This document shows positions 60,082 to 64,000 of a stretch of DNA of 64,000 bases, piece after piece. The notes beneath the pieces were generated by a model. That model was not told where the DNA came from. It saw only the letters and a program-made list of their open reading frames with translations, and ran no database searches. The translations under genes and the position numbers were made by a program. The DNA is from Candidatus Nomurabacteria bacterium RIFCSPHIGHO2_01_FULL_36_23 (GTDB lineage: Bacteria; Patescibacteriota; Minisyncoccia; Phycocordibacterales; UBA9973): contig MFTF01000018.1 of the NCBI GenBank assembly GCA_001786745.1, positions 23,577-87,576 of the forward strand, read 5' to 3'. Numbering within the stretch: position 1 is the stretch's first letter; the number at the start of each line of letters is the position of its first letter.

Positions 60082-60336
60082 ATGAAAGAAACATTCAGAA
60101 GAATATTAATAGTTGTAGACATTATAATTTCTATTGGATTATTAATAATTCCAATATTTGTAGTATTTAATAGAGGTAACTCAGAAGGTTTTTTTGAAAT
60201 GTTATTTCTGTCTCTTTTGTCCGTAAGTATAATTTATGTATTTTATTCGACGATAGTTTGGATTATACAACCGACACTGAAAAGATTCAATATACAGTTT
60301 GTTCAATTATTTTTTAAATTCTTAAGAAGAGATTAA
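60082..60336 (+). CDS. Small hypothetical membrane protein (two TM helices)
   Basis: 84-aa ORF with two hydrophobic helices. Tight spacing suggests an operon with 59455 and pheT. Confidence 0.35.
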   Translation: MKETFRRILIVVDIIISIGLLIIPIFVVFNRGNSEGFFEMLFLSLLSVSIIYVFYSTIVWIIQPTLKRFNIQFVQLFFKFLRRD

Positions 60337-60337
60337 T

Positions 60338-62242
60338 ATGAAGGTCTCTTTTAATTGGCTTAAGTGGTATATACCTGACGTACCTGAGGCAAATAAGCTC
60401 GCAGATATTTTCACCCATCATGTTGTAGAAGTGGAGAGTGTGGAGAAGAGCGCAGATGACGATAATATTTTCGATATAAATGTTTTACCAAACAGGGCGC
60501 ATGATTTACTTTCTCACCTCGGTATAGCAAAAGAAATTTCTTCGCTTTTAGATATTAAATTTATTGACCCGACGCCCAAATATAAAATTCCAGAATCTCA
60601 ACCGACTAAATTAAAAATAGAAATAGAAAGTGATAAATGTCGTCGATATATGGGAAGAATTGTGCGAAATATAAAAGTTGGTCCTAGTCCAGAATGGGTA
60701 GTCAAACACCTAGAATCAATCGGACAGAGAAGCGTAAATAACATTGTAGATGCAGCAAATATTGTGATGTTTGATTGCGGTCAGCCATGTCATGCGTTTG
60801 ATTTGGATAAAATTAAAGATGACATAATTATTCGTAGTGCAAAGGATGGCGAAGAGATAACTACGCTAGATAATAAGCAGATAAAACTAAAATCTCCCAA
60901 TGTTGTAATTGCTGATAAAAAGAATATCTTAGCTATTGCCGGGATAAAAGGAGGGAAAATTGCGGAAGTAGATAATAATACAAAAAATATCATTATTGAA
61001 GTGGCAAATTTTGATCCGACGAGCATAAGAAAGACTGGTAAAGACATAGGAATTTTTACAGATGCATTAAAAAGATTTGAAAATGATTTATCTCCAAAGC
61101 TTTGTGATTTTGCTATGTTGGAAACTTCTGGTCTTTTAGCTGAATATGGCTTTAATGATTTTGAAGATATTATAGATATTTATCCCCAAAAACAAGCAGA
61201 GCGCCAACTCTCTTTTTCAGCTGAAAGAATATCTAAAATTTTAGGTTTAAATGTTTCTATAAAAGAAATTGAAGATATTTTAAAAAGATATAATTTTGAG
61301 TATAAAAAAAATAATGGTAAATTTAAAATTATTGTGCCATTTATGCGCCTTGATTTAATTATAGAAGAAGATATAGCAGAAGAGGTGGGTAGAATTTTGG
61401 GTTATGATAAAGTAAAACCAAAAATTCCAAAAATCAATTTTAAACCCAAAACTGATGAAACACATGCGAAAATTTCTTGGGTGAGAAATAAATTACTAAC
61501 GGATGGATACTCTGAAGTTATGACTTATGTATTTTGCGAAAAAGGGGAAATGGAAGTAGAAAAGAGTGCAAGCGATAAAAAGTTTTTGAGAACAAATTTG
61601 ACGGATGGGTTGAAAGAAAGCTTGAAATTAACTCAAATAAATGCGTCACTACTTGGCTTAGATGAAGTAAAAATCTTTGAAATTGGAACAGTTTTTCAGA
61701 AAAATGGAGAAGAAATTCATGTTGCGTATAATGAAAAACCTGCCCGCAATGCTTCGCCCGCCAGCAACGCTTCGCGTAGCGATTCGGGCTGGCATAGCGA
61801 TGCAGGCGGGGAAAAAATAAAAGAAATGAGTTTGGAGGATTTTTGTAAATCAGCTGAGCCTGATGCTTTTGTTCAAGATCTCCTACTTCGCAACGGAGAC
61901 CATTCACAAAAGCATTCAGATTCAGCTTTAATTTCTCAAAAGTTTAAAATGTGGTCTCTATTTCCTTTCATTGCGCGCGATATAGCGGTGTGGGTGCCAC
62001 AGGAATTAAAAAGCAGTAAAGTCAAAGAGAACATACAGCAAATTATAAATAAAAATGCAGGGGAATTGCTAATCAGGGGTCCGGAACTTTTTGATGAATT
62101 CAAAAAAGGAGATAAAATTTCATATGCTTTTAGATTAGTTTTTCAGTCTTATAATAGGACTCTTACAGACACAGAAGTAAATGAAATTATGACTAAAATA
62201 ACCAATAAAATCAAGGAGAATAATGATTGGCAAGTGAGGTAA
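60338..62242 (+). CDS. pheT: Phenylalanyl-tRNA synthetase beta subunit (short form)
   Basis: N-terminus MKVSFNWLKWYI, B3/4 and B5 (FDINVLPNRAHDL) domains, and a C-terminal FDX-ACB-like region. It carries a GC-rich in-frame insertion at 61739-61810. Confidence 0.8.
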   Translation: MKVSFNWLKWYIPDVPEANKLADIFTHHVVEVESVEKSADDDNIFDINVLPNRAHDLLSHLGIAKEISSLLDIKFIDPTPKYKIPESQPTKLKIEIESDKCRRYMGRIVRNIKVGPSPEWVVKHLESIGQRSVNNIVDAANIVMFDCGQPCHAFDLDKIKDDIIIRSAKDGEEITTLDNKQIKLKSPNVVIADKKNILAIAGIKGGKIAEVDNNTKNIIIEVANFDPTSIRKTGKDIGIFTDALKRFENDLSPKLCDFAMLETSGLLAEYGFNDFEDIIDIYPQKQAERQLSFSAERISKILGLNVSIKEIEDILKRYNFEYKKNNGKFKIIVPFMRLDLIIEEDIAEEVGRILGYDKVKPKIPKINFKPKTDETHAKISWVRNKLLTDGYSEVMTYVFCEKGEMEVEKSASDKKFLRTNLTDGLKESLKLTQINASLLGLDEVKIFEIGTVFQKNGEEIHVAYNEKPARNASPASNASRSDSGWHSDAGGEKIKEMSLEDFCKSAEPDAFVQDLLLRNGDHSQKHSDSALISQKFKMWSLFPFIARDIAVWVPQELKSSKVKENIQQIINKNAGELLIRGPELFDEFKKGDKISYAFRLVFQSYNRTLTDTEVNEIMTKITNKIKENNDWQVR

Positions 62243-62254
62243 ATTCTGATATAA

Positions 62255-64000
<1,746 letters not shown>

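Overview
This is an AT-rich window (estimated by eye at roughly one-third GC) from a reduced, Patescibacteria/CPR-like bacterial chromosome. That assignment is inference from gene content only. Genes are compact and mostly housekeeping, with no biosynthetic operons. The window carries:
- glycolysis (tpiA-pgk) and DNA repair or recombination (recJ, rnhA, recO, ligA, gyrB partial, and a UvrD-like helicase-nuclease);
- seven aminoacyl-tRNA synthetase genes (argS, ileS, glyQS, metG, pheS, pheT) and an rpsF-ssb-rpsR operon;
- two type-II tRNA-Ser genes on the minus strand, found by hand folding;
- a very large type IV pilus and competence complement: three pilB/pilC motor pairs, pilT, pilM/N/O, pilD, three tandem major pilins, at least eight minor pilins, comEC (split) and comFC.

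No rRNA, CRISPR array, transposase or integrase was seen.

Three observations look novel.
1. A three-member paralogous family of small proteins, each with an N-terminal winged-helix and a C-terminal Cas2/VapD-like motif. Each gene is precisely bracketed by its own pair of 34-35 nt direct repeats, and each repeat contains a gene-specific palindrome (15249-15890, 23399-23945, 28423-29138; the third copy is frameshifted).
2. Two families of short palindromic repeat elements, each with one intergenic copy and one in-frame copy inside an essential gene (recJ and ligA). This is reminiscent of Rickettsia palindromic elements.
3. An isoleucyl-tRNA synthetase with a histidine-phosphatase (PGAM-like) domain inserted in the catalytic core and a degenerate HIGH motif.

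All calls rest on motif recognition by eye in the supplied ORF translations. No database searches were run.
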